Assembly: GCA_028534125.1 (NCBI GenBank)
Contig: CM052818.1
Span: 43,340,001-43,404,000 of the forward strand
Direction: 5' to 3'
From: Lama glama
Lineage: Eukaryota
DNA: 64,000 bases
The notes below the pieces were generated by a model. That model worked only from the letters and a program-made list of their open reading frames with translations. It did not search any database and was not told the origin of the DNA. Made by a program: the position numbers and the translations under genes. This document shows, in pieces, positions 11,071-23,725 of this stretch (positions are counted from its first letter, which is position 1; the number at the start of each line of letters is the position of its first letter).

Positions 11071-14000
11071 TTTATTCACTTCTTATTCGATTGACTTTTA
11101 AAGCCATATCTCCTTTTTGCATTTTAATATTACTCTTCTCTTCCCATTGTGTTACTACCTGAATCTCCATCTGTGCGCCCTGCAGAACCTGTTTCTGCAA
11201 GCTTCTCGTTGATAGTATTAAAAGATTGCATTTAATTTGTTTAAAAATAAAAATCATGTGTTTGAATTAACCTTACTCATATAAAAATTTTATATCTTAG
11301 AGATTATCACAGTATTATCCCTATTTTATACTTTGTCATTCGAACTATCCCATTCTTACATGAAATGACAGATTAAACATTTACTTTCTCTAACTTGTAA
11401 TGATGTTGTTTAGAGTATTAAAATAATATACAATTATAACATAATGTGGGAGAATTTCAAAAATAAACAGAGCTTAATATGTATATATGTATTCTCCACA
11501 TATACATGCATATATGTTATTTTTATGTAGATGAATTAACTGAAGTCTTTCTTTGCACACATCCTTTCTCTTACTACACAAAGGTAAACATTTGTTTCCT
11601 ATAAAATAGAAATCTTTGCTTTCTGCACTTTGTCTCATTACATCATGACCATTTAATTATATCTCTACAAATCATTTAGAATATGTTTCTCCCTAAAGAA
11701 CCTCATTCATAGCCAGAATAACCTACATTCAGATAATCCAGAAATGCACCTCCATCACAGATAGCTCCTTTAACCTCCACATCTATGTACCAAACTGACT
11801 ACTTAAATATTCTTGGATTCTTGACAGTTTACCAAACTCAGTAAGTAAAAAATTCTAATTTACAACCTTTTATTTAAAATTTAGTCATATTCAACCTTTC
11901 TGTGGTTTCTGTGGTTGATGTAATCTTTCATCCAGTTACGTGAGCCATCAGCTTTGAAATAATCTTTACCAATTTTCCCTCCTACTAAAATGTATAATAT
12001 TTTAAATTCTCTATTTGGACTTACAACAACAACAAACACGTACTTGAAATAGGCAGATTCAATGCTTGGGTATTTATATTAGCATATACTATTATATGAA
12101 AGTAGATGAAATACCAGATTTATCCATAACATCCTGACAGTAAACGATTAACATCATCCCAGATTTATCTGAACTTGTGGTGATACTTTCAAGTGTTTGA
12201 TTAATATTTGGAGCTTCCACACTATTATTCTACTAATTGATGCGACCTTTGCTTTATGGTCCAAAACAAATTGATAAATTGCCACCATTTTTGAGAATAT
12301 ATTTCACTCCTTGAAAACACAGATTAAGTGAGCGCCGTACTGTTACAGAAATCCTAATGGGCTTTCACGAAGAACCAATATGGAAAGTAGCTGTTTCTGC
12401 ACAAATAGTATTAATAATTATTTAAAAATTAAAACTATATAGAATGCAATAATAGGAAAATATTTATGTAAATTAGAATTATTATAGTTTAGATGATTTA
12501 CTGCAGTCTTCGCATGGGCAGAAGATAATGAGGAACTGAATTCAAATGGTTTAAATTAGAATGGAAAATACAGGTGCAAGAGATTATTGCAGTGGCAATC
12601 TGTAAGGCTCAGTAATAAGTTGAATGTATAGATGTTTGAGTGGAGCAAATGTTATGTTTGAAGTCAAAACGACTCTCAGATTCCTAAATTGGGCAACTGT
12701 GTCAAGGGTAATGTCAGTATGTAAGAATGCACGCACACACATACACACATACATGTACAAATTAATAAATATTAAGGTTAAATTGATAAAGTAAGGTTTA
12801 AAAATTTTTAATATGACAGATTCATCAGATATTCAGGAAGAAGGATACAGTAGGTCATTGTCACTATGTTTCATTCTCAAATGAAAGACCATAGTATCTA
12901 GGAAATCATGTTTATAAAGATGCTTGTAAGCATAACTGCTTATAAATGAGTTAACATCTCAAAACTAAACCGTATAAATGAAGACTATCGAGACAGTGGC
13001 AGTGTTAATGGAAAGACAATGTTATGCCTAAAGTCTTTTCTTTCCCTGATCTGTTTTCCAGAATTTTCTTGATATTTAGAGCCTGTTATATATGAACATA
13101 TTTATATATGTAGAAATAAGTCTCTACTAATATGCTTTTACTGGTTACTATCAGGACTAATAGTGATCTGCACCTTAGTTTTCTAAATTGTGCTCATTAG
13201 AATCTCAAAATCCACCATGGTGGCAAGCAGGAGCCTGTATGTCTGGGACTGAAGTCCCTTCCCTTCACCCCACCGGAGCAGTTACGTTCCTATTTATTTT
13301 GCCTATTGGGATCTTACATACATTTTCCTCTTCTTTATGAATAAAGAATTGAATTACTCATCATTTCCTGCTCTACCACCGTACCATGATGGATTTTGAC
13401 CAACCTATATTACAGAAAGAATGTGAATATAAACATTGCTTAGTCAAAGAGAACACAGAGAATACCAACATATCATTTTGTTGGGGAATTACATTGCTCA
13501 ACCGATTAAGAACTTACTATAGGCACTTACTAGGGAAACTTCCTTTCCAAGTCAATGAATTATGCAATTCATGTACTAAAACAAGAAAAAGAGCAACAGC
13601 ATAAGCAAGGGGATATTCCTTTAATAAAGTAAAATCATTTGGACGTGGAGGTAAGATTACTCAAGGAACTACCGTAGATAAAATATTAGTAATGGTAATC
13701 ATTGTTTTAAAGTATGTGTTTTAGGTACATTGGACAAGAGTAAAATATTAAGAGATGCCTGCAGCATTTTAATCACATATTCCCCTGTACAGATAAGCAC
13801 CTACATACTTGTGTTTGCCAGCCCCAATTGGCCCCATTAGAAATTTTATTTTTCAGTAGAAGATTTAGAACTAGGTTTAAATGATGAATTAAAGTAGTCC
13901 AGGGAATGAAAATAGATGGTGCAGCCAAATATGAAGATAAATTTTCTCATTATATGCTGCCCAATGTACATGTGCATGCATTCTTTAAAGTGGCTGAATG

Positions 14001-14449
14001 GCTTATAATTTAACATCTATGAACATTTATAAATGCTGTTAGACTATAATGACACATTTCACTCTGAATTATAGCCAATTTATGTATCTGAAATTAAAGA
14101 AGCTCAGTTTAAAAAGAAATAATCCCTCGAGTGTTGTAGAATACATAACAGCTTTTTTCAAGAAATAAAATAAAACAAAGCAGGCACACTCACTACAGAA
14201 AAGTGAATCAAGGCTCTTGCATGACATCAATATAAACATTTTATGTCTATTGAAATTTGGAAGGCCTGGAATATAACCTTTTATACCACTGCATAAATTA
14301 ACCTATTTGTTTTCCAAAAGATCACTGGCTGTAATCCTTATGTTAAACGTTTAATGGTGTTGTTTGTTTGTCTGTTTGTTTTTGATTTTTATCTCAGGAA
14401 AGATAGCCCTCAGCCTGCCAGATGGTATTCCATTTAAAGAGATTATTTC

Positions 14450-15100
14450 TTAGCACTTATTTGAATCAATTTCAGTAAATATCATTGAGCACATTTCTGA
14501 ATACTCACCAAGCCCACGAGATTCAAAGACGAATTTGAATGTGCTTTTCCTTTGCTAATGTACAATGAGGAAGACAAAGATGTAATGAGAAAATTTCAAT
14601 ATGTTAAGTGCCATGAAAAATACATGCACAAGGAGTGAACTATGTGGAGGGGTTGTTTTACCAAATTAGACAGTTCAGGGAAGAATTCCTGAAGGAGATA
14701 CTCAGTTAAATCTTGAGAGATGACTTTGTGTTCTCCAAAAGAGGTTGAGGAGGTAGAGCATTTCAGACAAAGGGGACTGAAAGAATGACGGTACCAAAGC
14801 ATGGACTCCCACAGGAACTGCTAAGTTTTTGGGGTTTTTTTGTTTTTTTCCTGGAGTATAAAGTTTAAGACACAGGATACTGAAGAATGAAACCGGATAG
14901 AAAGGAAGAAGACAGGCCTTAAGAGCTTGCACGCCATATTAAAGCTTGGGCTTTATCTCAAAGGAAAAGTGATAGCACGGAAGCAGTTAAACCCAGGGTG
15001 CGTTAGAAAGATCACCCCTGCAATGCGGTAGACCTGGGAGGAGGAAGCAGCTTGGGGACAAACAACAGTTAGGAAAATAGTCTCTATCAGGCACAATGGT
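14450..15100 (-). mobile_element. L2 LINE fragment
   Basis: ttcagtaaatatcattgagcacatt...tcagggaagaattcctgaaggagata...aaagcttgggctttatctcaaagga...ttagaaagatcacccctg matches the L2 antisense pattern. Confidence 0.6.
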
Positions 15101-16089
15101 TATAAAAATGTATTAATTCTATAACTCGATCCATGCCAAAATCAAAAGTTCTTAAAAACCACTGCAGTGGCCCTATGGTCTTCTTTGACATGTTACTTGA
15201 TGATAAATGTTCCCTCTGTGGCTCCCACTCAGAGGCATTCTGACCTCCAACAAACCCACTTGTTTATCAATAACTGCAGAGACTTAGCATGGATACACCC
15301 TGTACAAAGAGGTCTTTCATTACAATCTACACCCCATTCAGGGCAAAATGAGAGGCCCTTAGGCAATAATCTATGTCTGGCTCATATATTTTAAGAGGCT
15401 AATGTGTGTCGTTTAGCCTCATGACATATGGGCTGTTGTCTGAGCATCATGGATCCAGGGAAGTGATACAGTTTTTTGAAAAGTTTAAATTATTCCTGGG
15501 TTAGCTATCTCCTCTCGCATAGAAAGAAATCGTCAGGAACTTCTCCCCAAATAGCAAAGTACCACAGGTGTCTGAGTGTTTTGTTCTTGTTGAAGTCTAG
15601 AGCAGTAGTAATTTACCCATTGTTTCCTACATTTAGTCCTTCATTCATCCATTCATTCATTTGACAAGCAAATTATAGAAACTCCTCTGAATTAGACACT
15701 TTTCAGGCACCTAGAACACAGAGTAGAAAACTCTAAACTGCCTTCAACTATCCAATAATTAATTAATAAAATATTGATATTTCTCTGTCATTGTGGCTAC
15801 TTACAGAAGAAAACACCCTTGAAGATTTTCCAAATATACACAAGACTTGGCTCTGACTAAGCAGATCATTACATCTCTAATATCTCTTATTTATTTTCAG
15901 TGATCATCCCTTTTATCTCTTTTCTTGACTCTATCTTCCAGTTTCGCCAGCCCTGCTCAAATGAGTCACTTTAGGGGTTTCTAGGTGTTCACTAATGGCT
16001 AGTTAAAAACATGCTAGTTTAAAACGGGATCTCATCTTTGATTCATAGTGTTGAGAAAAGATTTTTAACAAATCTCTTAAGCAAAATCT

Positions 16090-16310
16090 AGAAGAACACC
16101 TGCTGTATGTTCAGTACATTACAAAGTACCTTCCCCTCCAGTATCACACTTCATACTCACAGCAATCACACGAGTTAAGGAATATCATCCAGTTTGATAG
16201 ATGAAGAAAATGAAAATTTCTTTTAAGATTTGTCTAAGACCACTCATTGAAAATGTCAGAACTAGGAGTTTAATATATGGATCTTTGTATTCTAAAAATT
16301 TGCCTCTGAT
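16090..16310 (-). mobile_element. MIR SINE
   Basis: ctcacagcaatc...atcatccagtttgatagatgaagaaaatgaa...tttgtctaagaccactca...tcagaactagga is the MIR core, antisense. Confidence 0.6.
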
Positions 16311-16989
16311 AACATTGACCCCAGTTGTTCAGTCAAGTTTTTTTTCTACTTTCTGACTTTGTCTTCGACACAGATTCCTGAATCCTGCCTTCTCATTCTG
16401 TTAAAATTAATTCATAAGGACTGATAATGAAAACTGACCTGAAATTTTTCTAATTATGTTTAGCAGTTGCCAGAGCCATACAAGCATAAATGATCTGCAC
16501 TTGATAGAATTTCATGTATAGACAGTGATATTACAGTCAGAAAATATAATTTTTTTAGGTAGCAAGTGGCAGAATTAAAATGCAAACTCACTCTTTCATT
16601 AAATAGACATATATAAAAGATTGTCATGAAATAAAAACTGTATATATCTAGGAATAAAACATATAATTTGCATTCTGTTGAAGGTACCAGACAAGTATAT
16701 TAATGATTATATATGGTAAGTGTTACCACCACTTTCCACTTGAGTGCTCTTTTTCAGAGGTCACTGCACTACGCACATAATTGTGAAAAGCGAACATAAA
16801 CAGTGCATAAGAATATTATATTAAAATTAGGCTGAAGGACAGAAAGTTATTGTAATAAATTTATAAATTTAAATGTGACACATAGGCTTTGTTCTACGTT
16901 ATTCTCTCTAAAATCAGACTTTGAATGTGGATAAATTCTGAAATGAAACAAAATCTAGAGATTGCTATTGCTTATTTTTCTATTATTTA

Positions 16990-19900
16990 TTTTAATTGAC
17001 TTTTTTTTATACTTTTTTGTGAATTTTGAAATAATTATTTATTTAAATGCAGTAGTAAGAAATAATGGAGTGATTTGTTTTAGCCTTTACCCATTTTTAC
17101 CAAGGATCACATCTTGTAAAACAAGACTACAATAACACATAGAATACTGATATTGATACAGTTAAGGTACTTAACATTCCATCACCAAAAAGATCCCTCA
17201 TGTTATCCTTTTATATCCACTCCCATTTCTCTTCTAATTTCAACGCCTCCTCCACCCCTGGCAACCACTAATCTAGTCTCCGTTCCTATAATTTTGTCAT
17301 TTTAACAATGTTATGTAAATGGTATTATATTATGTGTAACCATTTGATTTTTTTTCACACATTGTAGTTGCCTGGAGACTCATCCAGACTACTGTGTATA
17401 TCAATAGTTTCTTTCTTTTTATTTAGACTCATATTCCACGGCATGTATGTACCATGTTTTGTTTATCCATTCACTCATCAGAGGCCATCTGTATTGTTTC
17501 CAGGCTGTGGCTATTAAGAACAAAACTGCTGTAAACATTAATGTACAGATTTCTGTGTGATGTTAAGTTTTCATTTTTCTGGAATAAATATATGCCCAGG
17601 GGTGCAATCACTAGGTTAAGTTAGTTATGTAGGAAAGTCCCAAAATGTTTTCCAGGAACGTTATACAATTTTGCCTTCCCATCGGCAATCCATATATGAA
17701 TGACACAATTTCTCTGCATTCTTGCAAGGATTTGGTGATGCTAACTTATTTTTTTATTTTAGTGTCTGATTATATATCATTGTAGTATTTTTATTTGAAT
17801 CTCTGTAATAGCTAATGATAGTGCACATATTTTCATGTGTTTATTTGTCATCTGTATATCCTCTTCAGTGGAATGTCTCTTTATGTATTTTGCTCAATTC
17901 CTAATTGGCTCTTTACTTGCTATGGGTTTATTTTGCCCTTTTTTTTGTAGTTTCCTGTTGTGCAAACTTAGATTATTGATTTGAGAACTTTTCTATTTCT
18001 TACTGTATACATTAATGTTATGAATTTCTCTCTCAACACTGCTTTTTCTCTGTCTCACAAAATTTTATATGTTGTATTTATCTTCTTTCAATTCATTGCA
18101 TTTTTTATTTCCCTTGATACCATCTCTTGGACCCATGTATTATTTACAAGTATGTTGTTTACTTTCCAAATGTTTGGAGATTTTTCTGTTATTTTTCTGG
18201 TATTGATTTCTACTTTGATCCCATTTTGTTGACAAAACACACTCTCTGTATTTCAATTATTTTAATTTATTGAGAATTATATTTTTAATGCCCCAGCATA
18301 TGCTCTAAGTTGGTATATGTTTGTTCTGGGAGCATTTGCAATTAAAGTATATTCAGCTGCTGTTGGGTAGAATGTGCTACAAATGTCTATTAGACTTACT
18401 GTTTGACGATGTTGAATTCTTCTATACTCATGCTGATTTTCATTCTAGTTTTTCTGTCAATTGTTTGTAAAACTATTTATTGCTTTTTCAGTTCTATCAG
18501 TTTCTCCTTCAGATGTTTTGTGGCTATGTTGTTTTCTGCATATACATTTAGGATTATTTTGTCTTATAGCTGGATTACTCCTTTTACCCTATATAATATC
18601 CTTCTTTATCTTGGGTAATTGTCACTGCACTAAAGTCTTTTAACTGATGTTAATATAGACATTCCTGCTTTCAAATTTTGCATAACTTTTTGCATCCTTT
18701 TACATTCACATCACCTATATTATTATATTTAAGATGAGTTTCTTGTAGATGGGTCAGACATTTTAATCCACTTTGCCAATCTCTGTCTTTGCATTCGTGT
18801 CTTTAAATTATTTACATTTAATGTCGTTTAATGTCATTATTGATAGACTCATGCTTAAGTCTTCCATTTTATTTTGTTGTTTTCTGTTTGTTCCTTCTCG
18901 TTTTCTTTTATATTTACCTTTTCCTCCCTTCTTGTGGGTTAGTTGAACAATTTTTAGAATTCTGTTTTGATTTACGTCAGAATCTTTGAGTATATTTCCT
19001 TTTTTGTAGCTTTATTAGTGTTTGATCTACATATGAGATTCTATGTCTATAATGTGTCATAGTCTACATGTGCCATTAGTTTACTGGAGTGAGTGGCGTA
19101 GAAACCTTGCTTCTCTTCACATCCTTTTATGCTCCCATTTATACTATAAATATCTTAAATATTTGCCTACATACATTTAGAACCACATCTGACAGTGTTA
19201 TAATTTTTCTTCAATTATCAGATAAAACTTAAAGAACTCAAGAAAGGAGAAAAGTTTATTTACCCATGTGTGTTTTGTGCGTTCTTCCTTCCTGATCTTC
19301 ACAGGTACCTCCTTTTATTGTCTTCCTTCTTCTTAGGTAACTTGAAATAGCCATGCATTTAGAGTAGGTCTGCTGGTGACAGATTCTCTTAGTTTTCCTT
19401 TATCAGAGTCTATCTTGATTTCCCTTTCACTTCTGAAGGATATACTCTGTGGATCTAAGACTCTAGGTTGACAGTTCTTGTCTTTCATCACTTAAAAAAT
19501 GTACCACCTTCCTTTAACCCACTTTTTTTTTTTTAATGACAAATCCACTGCCATTCAAATCATTTTTCCCCTAAGGATAAGGTGTGGTTTCTCTCCCACA
19601 CTCAAACTGTTTCCTTGCTTTTGGTATTCACAGAGATTTGACAGTTCTGTGTCTTGGTCTAGTTCTCTTGGAGATTATACTGTTAGGAGTTTTCTTAGCT
19701 TCTTGAAATTGTAGGTGTCTTGTTATTTTTTTTTCATATTTAGGAAGCACTCAGACATTATTTTTTCTAGTACTTTTTTAATCCTTCTCTCTCTTTCATT
19801 TTTTTTCAGGACTCTAATGTCAAAAATTTACATTTTTTTCTTTTTTTTCTATTTTTGCTCAATTTTTCAGTTTGGGTTATTTTTATTATTCTGTCCTGAC

Positions 19901-20690
19901 TTGACTGATGTTTTTATCCTCTTCATTATTTTATTAAACCTATTTATTGAGGGTTATTATTCTTATTATTGTATTTTACATTTCTAAAATTTTTGTCCCT
20001 TCTTTATTTCCTTTCTGAGACTTGCTGTTTTTTAAAATTTATTTATGCATGTTTGTATTTGTTTATTAAAGTACTTCTTTATGTCTGCTTTAAAATCTTT
20101 ATGACTAATGTAGGGTCTCTGTCATTTTGGGCATTAGCATTTACTAATTATCATTTCATTCATTCTTTTCGTTCTTTCTGGTTCTTGGTTTTAATGGATT
20201 GGATGTTTCGGGTATTATATTATGAATCTCTGCATCTTATCTAAGCCTGATGTTTTAGCTTCCTTTTCCTGAGACTGCTCTGGCATGGGAAGGGAGGACG
20301 TCTGTTACTACATGGTGAGGATAGACAGTCAGATTTCACTTTTGGCCTCTACTTTGTTTCAGGAGCAGATCCTCATTGCTGCTGAGTGTGAGTGGAATTT
20401 CTGGCTCCCCACTAGGTCTCCACTGATAATAGCTTGGATGGGAAGAGTTAAGAGTGCCTTGTTGCTTTTCTTGTGCAAGCCTCTACTGACATCAAGTATG
20501 GGGTGGCCTCGTTACTTCAGGGAAATGGAAAAGTTTTGACTCTCCACTAATGTTCCTCCAAACCAACTCCATTAGGAAGAAGAAGGGGTGACTCTTGATT
20601 GCAAGTGACAGTAGAAATCTCTCTCCACTGTGAGAGGGAGGCGGTGGACTTGTTATCACTTGGCAGGGATTAAAATTTCCATTTCCCATT
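16990..20690 (-). mobile_element. L1MC3-like LINE: 3' end joined to EN/ORF1/5' UTR portion (large internal deletion)
   Basis: tgcagtagtaagaaataat...catcaccaaaaagatccctcatgtt...cccctggcaaccactaatct is an L1MC3-type 3' UTR. From ~17915 the sequence resembles the endonuclease region and ORF1, with a GC-richer 5' UTR at 20280-20690. Confidence 0.75.
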
Positions 20691-21119
20691 TGTATGGGAT
20701 CTGTACCTAACTAAATGTGTATGTGGCAATCACTGAGGAAGAGAAGAGAATGACTCTTTCAAATATGGCATCTAAGCTCAATTTGAAATGTCAATTACTG
20801 AAGCATAAAGATGTTTGGAAATAGGAGACTATAGAAACAAAGAAGTAATATAAACTTAGGTAGGGAATATTAATTAATCTAGATATTGAAGTTGTTTTGC
20901 AGGAATGGAATTTAAGTTTGAATTGGTGAAAAAAACATAGACCTTATCACATACAGTGTTAAAATACTTTAGTAGTTGAAATCAGTGGGTAGATATTTTA
21001 GATTATTTTGATAAAGTAGTGTTCAACACCTCTACCTATATTTTGTGAAGTGTTTCCCATTGAAGCTTGTAATTCTTAGTGGATCACCAAATTAATTCAG
21101 TGGATCAAAATCATCATGT

Positions 21120-21985
21120 ATAGGAAAACTGGAACTCAACATGCAAAAGAATAAAGTTGGGCCTTTACCTTATACCATATAAAAAATTAACTCAAAATGG
21201 ACCCAATACCCATAAGACCTAAAACTGTAGAACTCTTAGGAGAAAATATTGAGTAAAAGTTTTATGGCATTATATTTGGAAATTATTTCTTGAATATGAC
21301 AGCAGAAGTACAGAAAACAAGATAAAAAATAAGTAAAATAGACTACATCAAATTTTAAAATGTCTGTGCATTAAATGACATGATTACAGAATATAAAGGC
21401 AATGTACAAAGTGGGCAAAAATATTTCCAAATAATATATGTGATACAGAGCTACTATCTGGAATATATAAAGAACTCCTTCTATTCAACAGCAACAGAAA
21501 ACAAACAACACAACTAAAATAAAATAGAAAAAAATGACTAGAATCGACATTTCCCCAAAGAAGATATACAAATAACCAATGTGACCATGAAAAGCTGTTA
21601 AACGTTACTAATGATGGAAAAGAAAATCAAATCATAATGAAATACCACTTCATATCTATTAGGATGGCTACGATTAAAGAAAATGACAGGCATTAACAAG
21701 ACTATGGAGAAACTGGATTCCTTGTGCATCGTTGGTGGGAATATAAAAATGTGTAGCCATTGTGGAAAAAAAGAAGTATGGCAATTTTTCAAAAAACTAA
21801 AAAAATAGCATTACTATTATGATCCAGCAAATGCATTTCTGGGTATATACTCAAAATAATTAAAACTAAGTCTCAAAGAAACCTAAGTGTACATTGACAG
21901 GTGAATGGATAAATAAGATGTGGTAGATACTTAAAATACTATTCAGACTTTAAAAAGGGAGGAAATTGGTACACATGTAGAAGTG
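21120..21985 (+). mobile_element. L1MB/L1MA-type LINE fragment (3' part of ORF2)
   Basis: aaaactggaactcaacatgcaaaagaataaagttgggcctttaccttataccatataaaaaattaactcaaaatgg...gacatttccccaaagaagatatacaaataaccaat are classic L1 ORF2 3' segments. Confidence 0.9.
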
Positions 21986-22106
21986 AATCTTTTTGTTTTA
22001 TCACCATCCCTGTCTCCTTTTAGAACAAGACTTTGATGTCAAATTGGGGACTGTTGCGATCTTGCTGAGACCATGAAATACTGTTCCCAGTTTGTAACTA
22101 TGATTT

Positions 22107-23725
22107 CAGGGCCACTGTGGCAGGGGTCTTCATAACCCTCTCATGTTGGGTTGTTTTCTGAAAAAGACTCATAGAACTAAATAAAGCTGTTACACTCACA
22201 GTTTATTTTTGTTTTGTTTTGTTTTTGTTTTTTTACAGTGAAAGGGTACAGATTAAAATCAGCAAAGGTAACAGATACATAAAGTGGGATTTAGGAAAGT
22301 GCAGGCACACGCTTCCAACGGACTTCTCCCAGTTTAGTTCTATACACAGCAATTCATTTACCCAGCAATGATGTGCCACAAAATGCATGAAATATTGCCA
22401 ATCAGGGAAGCTCAACTGAGCTTTGTGGCCAGGATTTTTTATCCAGAGTCAGTCACATGTCATGAAGCACCTTAGGTAATCTCAGTCTCCACCCCTCTCC
22501 CAAAGGTCAAACTGATACAGCATGGCCCAGTTTCAGGTGAACAAAAATAAACATTTGCCGTAAATTGTATTGTTAGTAGCAACTATCTGGTGTGACTCAA
22601 GGTCTCAGATATACAGAAATACACTTTTTATCAGGTAGGATGATCCAAGCGTTCTGAATTTATCTCCCAGCAACTAGTCAAGGACAAGTTTTTTCTTTGG
22701 AATGAATAGTGTTTGAAAATTTCCAGTTTGCTGAGTTAAAAATTTTACTGCACAGCTGTCTACGTATTTTGCAGGACTCAGTGCAAAATGAAAATGCGGC
22801 ACTCCTTGATCAAAAAGCAAGAAGATAGTAGCATTACAGGAACTAAATATAAAGCTTTCTCCTTTCTTCTATTATCTCTTTTTCAAGATGCCACAGTGTT
22901 TCATATTTGCTATGTAGTATCATTCTAATTAAAGAAGAACTACAATTTTAAACTATTAACAATGATTTTACTGTTTATCTTTATGTTGTACAATGCCAGC
23001 TTTAAATGCATATGGGAGCATTTTGCTCATATGTTGAGTAACCAAAATTGCACAATGTGTATTTTATAGTTCATAAGGGCATATGTATTGTGTTCTTATC
23101 AGAACAGTGGTAACAGTGTGCAAGCTAATGCAACTGTTTGTATTTCACTTTTGCTCTGTACACCTTCTGTCATACCTACTCTGGGCGCATAGAAGAGTGC
23201 AAAAGGACTGAAAGAAAAAGAACTATTTTTGTCTATCTTTGATGTCCTCCCTTTTCCTTTCCTTTTATATCATTATTTTCAATGTAAGTAGTTGTCTAAT
23301 ATAGTCAAATATCACAAATGAAAAAGAATATGTCAGGCTTACTTGGCTTTTTGACTTTCTTAGAATACCGTAGCCTTATTTTTGAGAAGTGTAGCATTTC
23401 AGGGCTGTCAGTGTGGCCCCTTACAACGTTTCCCTTGTACTCACTTGGAGTGCCACTGAACTTTCATGCATCATTGGTCCACAGGAATGCTATGCTCATG
23501 GAGTATTATAAACACTGTGCAAATGAGCCAGCGAGGAACCAGGGCAGAGACGCCTATGTGTATATTTTCTCTGCTCACTCACATGCTCCACTGATCCACT
23601 GACTTCACACATGATATACAAGTTCAAAGATAAAATTATTAAGAATTTCAAAAAAAGCAACAGTGGAATTTTAAACCAAGTCTGAAGTTCTTCTGATCAT
23701 GAAGTCCTGCTTGATTTTTAACACT
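22107..23725 (-). mobile_element. MER45B (hAT-Tip100 DNA transposon), interrupted by MER77 LTR
   Basis: caggg(cc) at 22107, continuing after the LTR as ctacgtattttgcaggactcagtgcaaaatgaaaatgcggcactccttgatcaaaaag. The other end is caagttcaaagataaaattattaagaatttcaa...ttaaaccaag. About 1 kb excluding the LTR. Confidence 0.8.
22116..22754 (-). mobile_element. MER77-like ERVL solo LTR inserted in MER45B
   Basis: Minus strand begins tgtgcagtaaaatttttaactcagcaaactgg...attccaaagaaaaaacttgtccttgactagttgctgggagataa, matching the recalled MER77 start; TG...CA termini. Confidence 0.8.

Noticed and set aside
14398..14424. 27-nt candidate micro-exon after ttttatctcag
   Set aside because: The donor (gtattc) is weak, the upstream tract is a (GTTT)n repeat, and nothing else supports it.
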